A DNA stretch of 64,000 bases from Candidatus Thorarchaeota archaeon (GTDB lineage: Archaea > Asgardarchaeota > Thorarchaeia > Thorarchaeales > Thorarchaeaceae), in the NCBI GenBank assembly GCA_046482545.1, contig JAWOEX010000028.1:32001-96000 (forward strand), written 5' to 3'. This document shows positions 9,920 through 19,106 of the stretch, in pieces. The notes under the pieces were generated by a model. That model ran no database searches. It had not been told where the DNA came from and worked only from the letters and a program-made list of their open reading frames with translations. The first letter of the stretch is position 1, and every line of letters begins with the position of its first letter. Both the position numbers and the translations under genes were made by a program.

Positions 9920-11067
9920 CCCTCAGTATTCATTGCGTTAATGACGGCATCGCTCACATCCTTGGTTGTTGAAGGTTGAATTTTCTTCCACTCCCCTCTA
10001 CACAAATCTGGTGTACGAATTTTCCCTTTCTTCAGCACATCTTCCACTGCATCCTTGATGACAATAGATGCCTCTCTGCACCGTTTATCATTCCGTTTTG
10101 AGCCAAGCCAATCGTACAGCATTGATACAGAGAGAATGGATGCAATTGGATTAGCCGTATTCTGTCCCGCGATATCAGGAGCTGAACCATGCACCGGTTC
10201 AAACATGGCCTGTGTCTCTCCAATGTTCCCTGACGGTGCCATACCAAGACCACCCTGAAGTGCTCCTGCCAAATCGCTGATAATGTCTCCAAACATGTTC
10301 GGGGCTACAAGCACATCATAGAATTCGGGCTTAGTTAATGCCCAGAGGGTCCAGGCATCTACATAGGCAAAATCGGGTTCGATGTTCGGATATCTTTTGG
10401 CTGTTTCTTTGAATACAGTCCGGAAAAGATCACACCCAGCAAGCATGTTGCTCTTGTCGACACATGTTACTCGGCTCCGCCCATCTAGTGGGGCACCGTT
10501 ACGCTGGCTGCAGGAATCGAAAGCGTACTTGATAATCCGGGTTGAGCCTTTCTTAGTAATCACACGAGAATCCACTGCGACTTCTGTTTCTCCACCCCTT
10601 TTCAGAGCTCCCCGGGTAGGTGCATATAGGCCCTCGGTATTCTCCCTTATTACAAGCATATCGATATCCTTGTGACTTTTCTCAGCCAAAGGCGTGGGGA
10701 CACCCTCGTAGAGCTTAGCAGGACGATGATTAGCATAAAGGTCAAGTTCTTGTCTTAGGCCAATTACTATGTTATGACCAGCATGCTTTCCATCAGGCAG
10801 TCTAACTGGTTGGCCCTTCGAGTCAAAGGCTCCGACAGCACCAAAGAGAATCGCATCTGCTTCTGTCTTCGTGAACTTCTCAGCTTCACTAGACCATTCT
10901 CGACCCTGTTTTGCATAGATTTCGCCGCCTACAGAGAATGATTGCTCTTCAATAGTGAATCCTCCCACTATTGATCGGGCTTCACGCATGGCCCGTACGG
11001 CCTCAGGAATCACCTCTCTACCTATACCATCTCCTGGAAGCACGGCCACTTTGTACGTTCTAGCCAA
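9916..11067 (-). CDS. leuB: Isopropylmalate/isocitrate/tartrate dehydrogenase family protein
   Basis: [27 protein letters not shown] and [13 protein letters not shown] motifs; exact substrate uncertain. Confidence 0.85.
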   Translation of the reverse strand: MARTYKVAVLPGDGIGREVIPEAVRAMREARSIVGGFTIEEQSFSVGGEIYAKQGREWSSEAEKFTKTEADAILFGAVGAFDSKGQPVRLPDGKHAGHNIVIGLRQELDLYANHRPAKLYEGVPTPLAEKSHKDIDMLVIRENTEGLYAPTRGALKRGGETEVAVDSRVITKKGSTRIIKYAFDSCSQRNGAPLDGRSRVTCVDKSNMLAGCDLFRTVFKETAKRYPNIEPDFAYVDAWTLWALTKPEFYDVLVAPNMFGDIISDLAGALQGGLGMAPSGNIGETQAMFEPVHGSAPDIAGQNTANPIASILSVSMLYDWLGSKRNDKRCREASIVIKDAVEDVLKKGKIRTPDLCRGEWKKIQPSTTKDVSDAVINAMNTEG

Positions 11068-11269
11068 TCCTAATCACCTTCATTTTCTCCAAACAAATGA
11101 ATACACCATTGAACGAGACTTTCTTAACCATAAGGGGGACGGATTTATACTCTTTATGTTGAAATCGATCTCCATCGTCCCTTCAGCTCCAATATGCTGA
11201 TAAGGGTTAGCTGAATTCAAACTAAATGAGCAAAGCATTTTGCAAACCAATATCTAGGTGGATTAAGCT

Positions 11270-11449
11270 GTGTCCGAAATTCCCATGCCCGATGACTACG
11301 TTCCAACTGAAGGAGAGGAAGATGAAGAAGAAGGATTCTGTGATCGTTGCTGCGAGTGTTGGTGCCAGCTCATTGGAATAATCATTCTTGTTGCTTTGTT
11401 CTTAGTGATTATGTCTGCGCTTTTCGGTCGAGGTATGTTTGGGTTTTGA
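11270..11449 (+). CDS. 59-aa Cys-rich single-TM microprotein (not in the ORF track)
   Basis: GTG start after AGGTGG. Translates as MSEIPMPDDYVPTEGEEDEEEGFCDRCCECWCQLIGIIILVALFLVIMSALFGRGMFGF*. Confidence 0.7.
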   Translation: MSEIPMPDDYVPTEGEEDEEEGFCDRCCECWCQLIGIIILVALFLVIMSALFGRGMFGF

Positions 11450-11686
11450 TTAATCAGTCATTTTACATCGCATTAGAAGAATTGACGTAGCTCTTTATCT
11501 TAACAAGGTCTCGAAGAAAAGCACTTAGGAGTACGGGTCGAGACATTTCTAGTGGGTACAGGTGGAGCAATCTTGATGTATCTCATTTCCGTATACACTG
11601 GTGCATCGCCGTAGAAGCGATATACACTCAAGAGGTGCAAGTTTTACAAAAATCCTAAAAAATCTTGGTGCAGAAGTGTAGAAGAT

Positions 11687-12161
11687 CTGTAAGATTTCCT
11701 GCAAGCCCGTTTCGGGCAACAAACGAGAGGAGTTTATCAGGTCTAGTACGGAACCCGGGTCCAGTAGGACTAGGCAAGTGGGCTAGTGCTGTGCACGACG
11801 CACGCGGCCGAAGGCTGTGAGGAAGACCCCGTCTTCTAAGCAGAAGTCCTCACTCTCCAAACAAAGGTCCTCATCAGGCCCTGGAGAGTCCGCGGCTGTT
11901 CGCTTTGTCCAACTGGACCTGTCCAGCTTTGGTGACGAAGCCGGGCAGAGCGATAATAACCCCGCCGTGGCAAAAGCTGCGGGAACACTCGTTGCCCCCG
12001 GATGTGATGTATCCGGGTCAGGGCAGGAGACAGAAGCCGAGACCGCAAGAGGGACCGTGTCCTGATGATGGCGGCCAAAGTCTTTGCTTGGCCGGGGGTA
12101 GCGCTCCGGTATGGCGGCGACGCTGGGCAGGGGAAGGGTGGAACACAGGAGTCTCATGCAG
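11687..12161 (+). ncRNA. Candidate large structured non-coding RNA of unknown class (~475 nt)
   Basis: About 60% GC by manual count over 11761-12120, clearly above the flanks. No credible ORF. Terminal helix plus more than 10 internal helices, with G-U pairs favouring the + strand. Confidence 0.7.
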
Positions 12162-12262
12162 TTGCTAAAACTGTAAGAAACGGGTTATCAAGAGAGAGTT
12201 ACATATAGTGATGCTTTAATAATCTACTAGGGGACGCATATGCAATAGAATGAGGCCTTTTC

Positions 12263-13180
12263 ATGTCCAGGACGAGAGAAGACTTCAAAAAGGCTTTTAA
12301 TCAAAGACTCAAAGCAGCAACAGAAGATGAGCTCCGGATTGTTATAAAGGAGCAATATAGAGAAGCATTTGATGTACTTACAGATTGTGAAAACGCAGGC
12401 CTCATACCGGGAATCATTGGCCCGCCTGGTGTGGGAAAAACTTTGCTTCTTAGAGCATACGCAAAAGAAAGTGGTAGGGATTTCCACTGGGTGACAGGTG
12501 ATGAAGGAGTCCGCCCATCGCATCTTGTGGGATCCTATAATCCCGCGCTGGTTTTGGACAGCGGTTTCAACCTCGATTCGTTCGATCCTGGCCCGTTATT
12601 GAAGTGCATGGTTTTCGGCGGGGTATTTGGATTGAATGAAGCGAATCGACTACCAGAGTATGTGCAAAACTCACTTCTAGAACCGCTTGAAGAAAGGATG
12701 GTTAGTGTTCCGAGAATTGGACGCATTGTCGCAGACGAAGAGTTCTTTGCAGTATTGACCATGAACCCCGAAGAGATGGCCGGAGCCCATAGACTGAGCG
12801 AAGCACTCAGGGACAGGATTCGTGTATGGATTCGCCTAGGATATCCAAGAAAGGAAACAGAAATTGAAATTGTAAAAGTCAACTGCCCGGAATACAAGCT
12901 ATCAGACCATATGCTTGAAACTATTTACAACCTCGTATCTTCTACCAGACAATCCACCGATATCGAAATTCCCGCATCGATTAGAGCAGGGATTTCTATT
13001 GCTAGGCTATCTGCTGAGATGGGAGAGAGAAAAGGGCAGAAGGAAATAACTCATACTACACTCTCTGAAGCAGCAAACTATGTACTTAGTGGAGCGCTTA
13101 GATTCAGACCAGGTGTTGATTCCGAAAATGCTGTAAACCGCATTATTAGGTCAACCATTGGAGGGAGAGAGGTTAGCTAA
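12263..13180 (+). CDS. MoxR/CoxD-type AAA+ ATPase
   Basis: Walker A GPPGVGKT, variant Walker B FGLNE, TMNP and LSEALRDR sensor motifs. Confidence 0.9.
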   Translation: MSRTREDFKKAFNQRLKAATEDELRIVIKEQYREAFDVLTDCENAGLIPGIIGPPGVGKTLLLRAYAKESGRDFHWVTGDEGVRPSHLVGSYNPALVLDSGFNLDSFDPGPLLKCMVFGGVFGLNEANRLPEYVQNSLLEPLEERMVSVPRIGRIVADEEFFAVLTMNPEEMAGAHRLSEALRDRIRVWIRLGYPRKETEIEIVKVNCPEYKLSDHMLETIYNLVSSTRQSTDIEIPASIRAGISIARLSAEMGERKGQKEITHTTLSEAANYVLSGALRFRPGVDSENAVNRIIRSTIGGREVS

Positions 13181-13182
13181 TA

Positions 13183-15672
13183 ATGGGTGCCAAAGCGAAA
13201 ACAGACCCCATTCCCAGTTTGGTTGTCGAATTCGCACATGAGTTCGTTATTCGTATGAGAGCACGTCATGACATTGTTGAGAAACCAAGCATAAGACAAA
13301 CCGAATCTATTCCGCGATTCTTGAGCGCCCGCTATTTCAAACAGGGCAAACTCAGTCTCGATGATCTAGTTGAAGCAGCCGTATATACAACATTCCCAGG
13401 AGATCAAAAAATAGCAAGAGACGTAGCTGAAGACATTGTACTTGGGCGTGAAGAAAAGGAAGAAGCTGTTCCATCGCCGCGACCTCAAAAAAAGAAGGCG
13501 AAAGAAGCAGCAAGCTCAGATTCACTTAGAGACGTTATCAAGACCATACTGCGAGAACAAGAGCTGTCCAATCAAATTGAATCCGACAAGATAGCAGACG
13601 GCTATAGCTATCTACGAGAACTGAAGAAATCAGGCAAGAATGAATTATTTGATTCGGCCACTGATTATCTAACGGAAGGGGACATAGTTTTACGTGGCAT
13701 TTCAAGTGACACTCAATTAAAACAGCAAGCATCACAGGAACTCCTAGAAAGACGTGGGGGGCTCAGCTCCAGGGATATCCAGAACTCGAAAACTTTGGGC
13801 AGTCTAGATGAGGTCTGTAAATCGCACAGCCGCGCTGAATCCCTAGCAGCAAAGGCATTACGCGGTGATTCGGATGTATCGAACAAATTCAGGGACTTAG
13901 CTGGACGAGATCCTGCAACCGCAGCTCGAGCTTTGTCTCATATGAGAGACATTGGAGCTCCAAAAGAGGCTACTCAGGATTCCATGAAGCAGAACCTAAT
14001 TGACTCAGTTCGCAATCTTGAGGAGATGGCTTCTTATGCATCTAATCTCAGTGAATTACCCGACAACAGCGATTCTCACCTTCAATCGGCCCCACAGGAA
14101 TTCCCCATTGCAGAAGCGCTTAGAATGGCAGAACGAATCAAGCAACATACAAAACAATCCCTTCAGGATCAATTGATGAAAGAATACGATTCTCAGTTCT
14201 CGCAGGGTGCTTCAAGAAATGTTGATAATCAGCAGCTTGCGAGAAATTCCATGTCAGGATGTCACTGGAAGAACTTGGTTAAGAAAGTCACAGATAGGAC
14301 AATAGGGCAATCTGCCTCACGCTCAGCTCCTAGTGAGTATCTTCTCAAGAAGCTGGCACAGCAATACAAGCTAAGCAAAGAGCTATCATCTGATTGTAGG
14401 ACTACTTGGAAGGACCAAATGCAACAGATAGCCGATGAAGCCATTTCTCATTCACAGTCAAAAGCACATATGAGAAGGAATGTGAGAAGGTCACGAAGAA
14501 TGGATACCAATCCCTCAGACGAATCCATTCGTCAACGAGGTAAGGAGCTAGGAATGAGCGAGAATGAGATTCTTGAACTTGTTAATCCTTCCTTTGAAGC
14601 TGCAAAGAAATTGATTAAGAAAGGCGTAAAGGATTTCGACAGACTACATGGACTGATATCATCAGCGGGACTCACTTCTTCTCAGCTCCAAGAACTAGCT
14701 GAATTGGCAAACCAAATGGGGAGTGCGTCAGCCCTAGGAGCAATCGGACAACTGAATCTTCCAGCTGCACTCGGAATGGGGCGTCCCGGCAGAGAACCTA
14801 ATGAAGAAAGAGCTAATATGGTGCTGAGAGGATTGCTTGGGGGACCCGCGACCAACATCCTGCGAACATGGTATACCTACCGAGACAGCCTTCCACCAGA
14901 CTTCAAGAAAAAGCTGAAACAGATTGCACGACGTCTTTTGATAGACTTGGGGAAGAATTCTGCCCGATCTGTTCTTGGGTCCTCAACTCTAGGAGGCATT
15001 CAACCATCAACGACAGTTCGTCCATTCCGAATTGGGGATGATATCGATCTCATAGATTTGGAGGAAACGCTCTCGTACCTTTTGTCTGAAGGGCGCACAG
15101 ATTTCCGCACATTGCGACCGGATGATTTTCTAATCACAGAAACTTACCATGGTCACAGAGCGTTTTATTGGGCTCTTGATAAGAGCGGCTCGATGGATGA
15201 TTCTCAGAAACTAGGAATGATTTCAATTTCTGTCATGGCAGGTCTCTATGGCATACAAAAGGATGATTTTGGTGTTGTGTTATTTGATGATGCCACGCAC
15301 AAAGTCAAGGAAATATCTGATAAGATTAAATCAGTTGAAAAAGTGGCATCCGACCTTCTCGATCTCCGCGCCAGTGGTGGTACCGGTGGCTCCGGCTCCA
15401 TTCGTTTGGCTATCCAGAATTTCGAACAAACTAGGGCCAGAGAAAAAATATTTATTTTCTGCACAGATGTATATCTGAGTGACCAATCAGCATGCGTTGA
15501 CTTAATGGGCAAAGTAAAGAAGAAAGGGATAGACACAATTATTCTAGTGCCGGCAGGCCAGTACGACCATCAATCAGCGGAGCAATTAGCCAAGGCCTCC
15601 CACGGTGTTGTGCTGGATATCGATTCCATAGATGACTTGCCTAATAGACTACTGCGGCTCACGAGCTACTGA
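13183..15672 (+). CDS. vWA (CoxE-like) domain protein with a long helical N-terminal region
   Basis: C-terminal MIDAS (DKSGS, GGT, CTD); RPFRIGDDIDLIDLEETL CoxE-like motif; starts 2 nt after the AAA gene. Confidence 0.88.
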   Translation: MGAKAKTDPIPSLVVEFAHEFVIRMRARHDIVEKPSIRQTESIPRFLSARYFKQGKLSLDDLVEAAVYTTFPGDQKIARDVAEDIVLGREEKEEAVPSPRPQKKKAKEAASSDSLRDVIKTILREQELSNQIESDKIADGYSYLRELKKSGKNELFDSATDYLTEGDIVLRGISSDTQLKQQASQELLERRGGLSSRDIQNSKTLGSLDEVCKSHSRAESLAAKALRGDSDVSNKFRDLAGRDPATAARALSHMRDIGAPKEATQDSMKQNLIDSVRNLEEMASYASNLSELPDNSDSHLQSAPQEFPIAEALRMAERIKQHTKQSLQDQLMKEYDSQFSQGASRNVDNQQLARNSMSGCHWKNLVKKVTDRTIGQSASRSAPSEYLLKKLAQQYKLSKELSSDCRTTWKDQMQQIADEAISHSQSKAHMRRNVRRSRRMDTNPSDESIRQRGKELGMSENEILELVNPSFEAAKKLIKKGVKDFDRLHGLISSAGLTSSQLQELAELANQMGSASALGAIGQLNLPAALGMGRPGREPNEERANMVLRGLLGGPATNILRTWYTYRDSLPPDFKKKLKQIARRLLIDLGKNSARSVLGSSTLGGIQPSTTVRPFRIGDDIDLIDLEETLSYLLSEGRTDFRTLRPDDFLITETYHGHRAFYWALDKSGSMDDSQKLGMISISVMAGLYGIQKDDFGVVLFDDATHKVKEISDKIKSVEKVASDLLDLRASGGTGGSGSIRLAIQNFEQTRAREKIFIFCTDVYLSDQSACVDLMGKVKKKGIDTIILVPAGQYDHQSAEQLAKASHGVVLDIDSIDDLPNRLLRLTSY

Positions 15673-16406
15673 CCACGTGGCACAAACCCCTTCTGAGAGC
15701 CTAGCGTCTTCTCGCGTATATCTGAAATCCACAGTCTGTATGCGCAGGGATATTCAGTATCACGTAATTCGATGAAACGCCTTGAGAAGAGCTGCCTCAT
15801 GACCCTCATGAATCTATAGAAAGGTGTTCCTTGCTCAACAATCTCTGCGATACAGTTGATTTCATAGCTTAACCAAGATGGTGTGCCATTGGTAAACCAA
15901 GAAAAATGCAGGGTCACACGTGGATTCCTCATGATATTTTGATAGGTTCGGTCACCATACATTTCAGCTATACCGAAACGGAATAGGTCAACCGCAGTTT
16001 CATCAAGGTAGAGACTTCGGTAAAGTGCTATCCGATCATCAATAGTATCTTCAAATGGCTTACCATGTATCGTCAGTAAATCCCCTTCCAGATTATCAAT
16101 TCTTTCTCGTATTTCATCATCTTTGAGGGTAAGTCTCACGATCTTCGTTGCGGTGTTTATTGGGAATGGTTTATCTCTATCAAATGTGACCAAGGTTGGC
16201 TTCATGACAGTCGATTCCCAAATATTTTCAAACAGCATAGTCCTATGACCGGGAACTTCAACAGCATTCAGCATAGCTGAATAGAGGGGTTTCGGTATTG
16301 GGTTCAGCGGAAAGCCCAATGTGACGGTCTCGTCAGTAACTACTATTCTGCGAGATTCGCGGTCTACAAGGTGCACTCCTGAAGTGGGTTTTTCTGGCAA
16401 CCCCAT
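15666..16406 (-). CDS. Pyridoxamine 5'-phosphate oxidase-like (FMN split-barrel) protein
   Basis: EMYGDRTYQNIMRNPRVTLHF...SYEINCIAEIV pattern. Confidence 0.55.
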   Translation of the reverse strand: MGLPEKPTSGVHLVDRESRRIVVTDETVTLGFPLNPIPKPLYSAMLNAVEVPGHRTMLFENIWESTVMKPTLVTFDRDKPFPINTATKIVRLTLKDDEIRERIDNLEGDLLTIHGKPFEDTIDDRIALYRSLYLDETAVDLFRFGIAEMYGDRTYQNIMRNPRVTLHFSWFTNGTPSWLSYEINCIAEIVEQGTPFYRFMRVMRQLFSRRFIELRDTEYPCAYRLWISDIREKTLGSQKGFVPRGQ

Positions 16407-16558
16407 TTGTCTCCTTTGTTCACATATAGAATCTTATTTGTTTAAAATCCCTTCCTCCAAGCCAAGCGTAAGCAACATAACACCAGACTAGCAAATCAAA
16501 TAAGGCCCCAAAGAATAGTACAGATTACAGAATACCTTGAAAGGTTTGGAATCATACC

Positions 16559-16831
16559 ATGATAGAAGCTCTTGAAATAACGGGGGATGCTGATTTAGTA
16601 GAGATAGACCCGGACCAAGCAAGGACCGAAACTGATCGTGTCTTGGTGTTTATTGACCACGAAGACAAAACCATTTACTTGTGGCGAGGGAACAAAGCAA
16701 GCTTATTCAAGAAGCTCAGCGGTACCCGGGTAGCAGCGAAACTTAGTCACACCTATCCCAACTACAGAATCAAGCCCATTGCAGAAGGAAATGAACCGGC
16801 TGCGTTCAAGAGACTATTCAAAAGGCGGTAG
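16559..16831 (+). CDS. Single-domain gelsolin-family protein (ProGel-like)
   Basis: VLVFID...IYLWRGNKAS..KK...A...EGNEPAAF matches the gelsolin-repeat signature. Confidence 0.85.
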   Translation: MIEALEITGDADLVEIDPDQARTETDRVLVFIDHEDKTIYLWRGNKASLFKKLSGTRVAAKLSHTYPNYRIKPIAEGNEPAAFKRLFKRR

Positions 16832-16872
16832 TTCCGCATATGTGGACGGGTTGGCGACCTGCACACTGGTAG

Positions 16873-17157
16873 ATGCTCCGAAGCGGGGTAAGGTACATGG
16901 CCATTGACTTGCGGGCATATCTTCGTCTTATTCGTAACATAACGAGGGGTCTTATTAGCCGAACAAAAATCATAGCCGCCCTAAAGTATGATGAATGGAA
17001 GACGGTCTCCGAGATAGCTGATGGACTTGATGTCGGGCCAAGTACAGTGAGATACCACCTCAAGAATATGCGAGAGGAAGAAATTGTCAGGAAAGAAGAA
17101 GACGGTCCTGGCTGGTGTCTGGAGGAAAGGCAAAAGAAAATCACCGATTTTAGGTAA
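16873..17157 (+). CDS. ArsR-like winged-helix DNA-binding protein
   Basis: TVSEIADGLDVGPSTVRYHLKNMREEEIV; likely start at 16897. Confidence 0.85.
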   Translation: MLRSGVRYMAIDLRAYLRLIRNITRGLISRTKIIAALKYDEWKTVSEIADGLDVGPSTVRYHLKNMREEEIVRKEEDGPGWCLEERQKKITDFR

Positions 17158-17224
17158 GAAATGATTATCCCCCAGAATCCATGCATCGATTTTTAGGGAC
17201 TAGTATCAAGTTGACTGATGTGAA

Positions 17225-17653
17225 TTGATTATGGCTAGCACAGTTGTAGGTTCAGTTCGAATAACCACAGAACGCAGTATTCAAGTGAAAGATGTTACGG
17301 GTTCAATACACCAGTGGCTCCGTGATAATGATGCTGAGGAAGGAATACTCACGATTTCCAGTAGTCACACAACCGCAGGTTTAACCATAAATGAAGCTGA
17401 ATCAGGACTGATGAGCGACATAGAAAATCATCTTGAGAAGTTGGTGCCAAGGAACCAAGGCTATGAGCACGATAGGGTTGACAATAACGCTCACGGGCAC
17501 ATAATGACATTACTGATTGGATCGACAGAATCAGTTCCGGTCAAATCCGGAAAGCTTGTACTGGGGACTTGGCAACGTGTATTGTTTGTCGAATGCGATG
17601 GACCCAGAAGCAGGTTTATCAGCTTAGCATTCGTGGGAAGCAAGAAGTCCTAA
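17225..17653 (+). CDS. yjbQ: YjbQ/UPF0047 family protein
   Basis: HTTAGLTINE, HD..DNNAHGH and LGTWQRVLFVECDGPR motifs. Confidence 0.92.
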   Translation: MIMASTVVGSVRITTERSIQVKDVTGSIHQWLRDNDAEEGILTISSSHTTAGLTINEAESGLMSDIENHLEKLVPRNQGYEHDRVDNNAHGHIMTLLIGSTESVPVKSGKLVLGTWQRVLFVECDGPRSRFISLAFVGSKKS

Positions 17654-17666
17654 ATCTGAGTGACAG

Positions 17667-17954
17667 TCATTGCATCGGCGACTCTGTGGGCACAAGATAC
17701 TGTCCGTGAGTGGCTCCGCTCTTCTGTTGACTGTACTTGTGCCGTACCTTTGGGAACGTCTTCTTCATCAGCTTGTCAACTTGGCGTCTTTCTATGCTGT
17801 TTTTCCTGTACCGTACTGTGACCTTCACGAATTTCCAGCCATGCATGCGAATGTCAATGGGCTGGACAGCATTCTCTTTGAATCTTTTCTCAACTGACTC
17901 GAGATGGTTCTCGACGTTCTCCGCGTTCTTGGCAATGTTTGATTGAGCGTTCAT
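17667..17954 (-). CDS. Hypothetical protein
   Basis: 95-aa ORF filling the gap between convergent genes; no recognisable motif. Confidence 0.4.
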   Translation of the reverse strand: MNAQSNIAKNAENVENHLESVEKRFKENAVQPIDIRMHGWKFVKVTVRYRKNSIERRQVDKLMKKTFPKVRHKYSQQKSGATHGQYLVPTESPMQ

Positions 17955-18158
17955 TTCCTTATCTTCCCTGTATTCTGTATTCTCTCTTCCAAAAAGGTTT
18001 CAAGGCTATTTGGTTAGTTTGGAATCTTCTTGGCTACTAACTGGTATTCAAGCCACTGACCTTTCCTTATCAATCCCTCGGACCGTAAGCTACTGACTAG
18101 ATTGGCTACCCGTGCTAGTGAAAGTCTCTTGTCCGAAACGTGAGCACAGTTTTCGAGA

Positions 18159-18950
18159 TTATGGTGAGGTATGGAATCTCGCCACATCGTGTCCACCCAT
18201 GAACTCCCATTCACCTTCTACACCATGTGCAAGTGCGCCTACCTCTAAATGAAGCATGGCAATACCACAGTCCAGTCTGCGGTCCTTTAGATTCTTGGTA
18301 TATTTCTCAGCTACTCTGACTAGCACACTGTCGGATTCAACCCGAAACCTCCACGGCTGCATGTTTCCTGCGGAAGGTGCGAATCTAGCCAATTCCAGAC
18401 TCTCTCGTATCCATTCATCCAAGTCTTCGAATTCATTCGTAACGAGATTTTCCAGCGGTTTTCTGCCATGAGAACCCGTAGCTTTCTTCAACACTTTCTC
18501 TGAGAAGGTCAGGTCCTCTTTTGCATAGCCAACCGGCGTGATTGCAAGCAGTGTTTCATTTGATTCTAGAGGTGTTTTCAGTTCTGCATCGGCTCGTTTT
18601 AGCCAGCCCGCAATCCAGCACGTATCAAGACCCATTGCCGTTGCTTCCAGAATAAGGCCTTCACCCGTGTATCCAAGTGCAGCATACCCATTAGGATCTG
18701 ACTCGTCTACAATGAAAGCCATGTAGGCCTCAGCACCGGATATCTTCCCAAATGGACCAATAGCCCCTGTTACTAACTCGTCTGGCGATTCCTCCACAAG
18801 AAGAGAACGAACACTTCGAAATGGATGGAACTCGTCACAGAATCGCCTAAGTTGCTGAGCAGTGTCGTCCTGAAGCTGCCTCGATTGGAATTTCCTGCGA
18901 GAGTGTCTTTCGGGGATTGCTTTTGCCCACCGTTCTGCCGGGATGTTCAT
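18159..18950 (-). CDS. Nitroreductase family protein (tandem domain)
   Basis: RHSRRKF, ATAMGLDTCW, ARFAPSAGNMQPWRF and DCGIAMLH motifs; start re-called at MNIPAERW. Confidence 0.9.
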   Translation of the reverse strand: MNIPAERWAKAIPERHSRRKFQSRQLQDDTAQQLRRFCDEFHPFRSVRSLLVEESPDELVTGAIGPFGKISGAEAYMAFIVDESDPNGYAALGYTGEGLILEATAMGLDTCWIAGWLKRADAELKTPLESNETLLAITPVGYAKEDLTFSEKVLKKATGSHGRKPLENLVTNEFEDLDEWIRESLELARFAPSAGNMQPWRFRVESDSVLVRVAEKYTKNLKDRRLDCGIAMLHLEVGALAHGVEGEWEFMGGHDVARFHTSP

Positions 18951-19106
18951 AGCATGCATTTGTGGAATTCTGCCTTTATACTTGTGTTGCTTGGATTTTT
19001 GATATTCCATAGAATGCACATTCTTTAGCCTAAAATAATGCACATAATTCCCAAATTTTATAAGAATAGACAATAGAAACTACAATGAGTACGGAGGATT
19101 TAGGAG

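Noticed and set aside
11860-12075. Hammerhead ribozyme cores (CTGATGA on both strands)
   Set aside because: No stem II followed by GAAA in the required position.
11687-12161. RNase P RNA or SRP RNA as the identity of the GC-rich island
   Set aside because: Partial look-alikes (GAGGAAGACC, ACAGAAG, GGGTGGAAC) are present, but there is no P4 pairing or CR-V before the terminal helix and no SRP helix-8 motif. Not called; a cmscan is still needed.
11783-12168. Four overlapping ORFs in the island
   Set aside because: Low-complexity translations on both strands, expected from high GC; no protein motifs.
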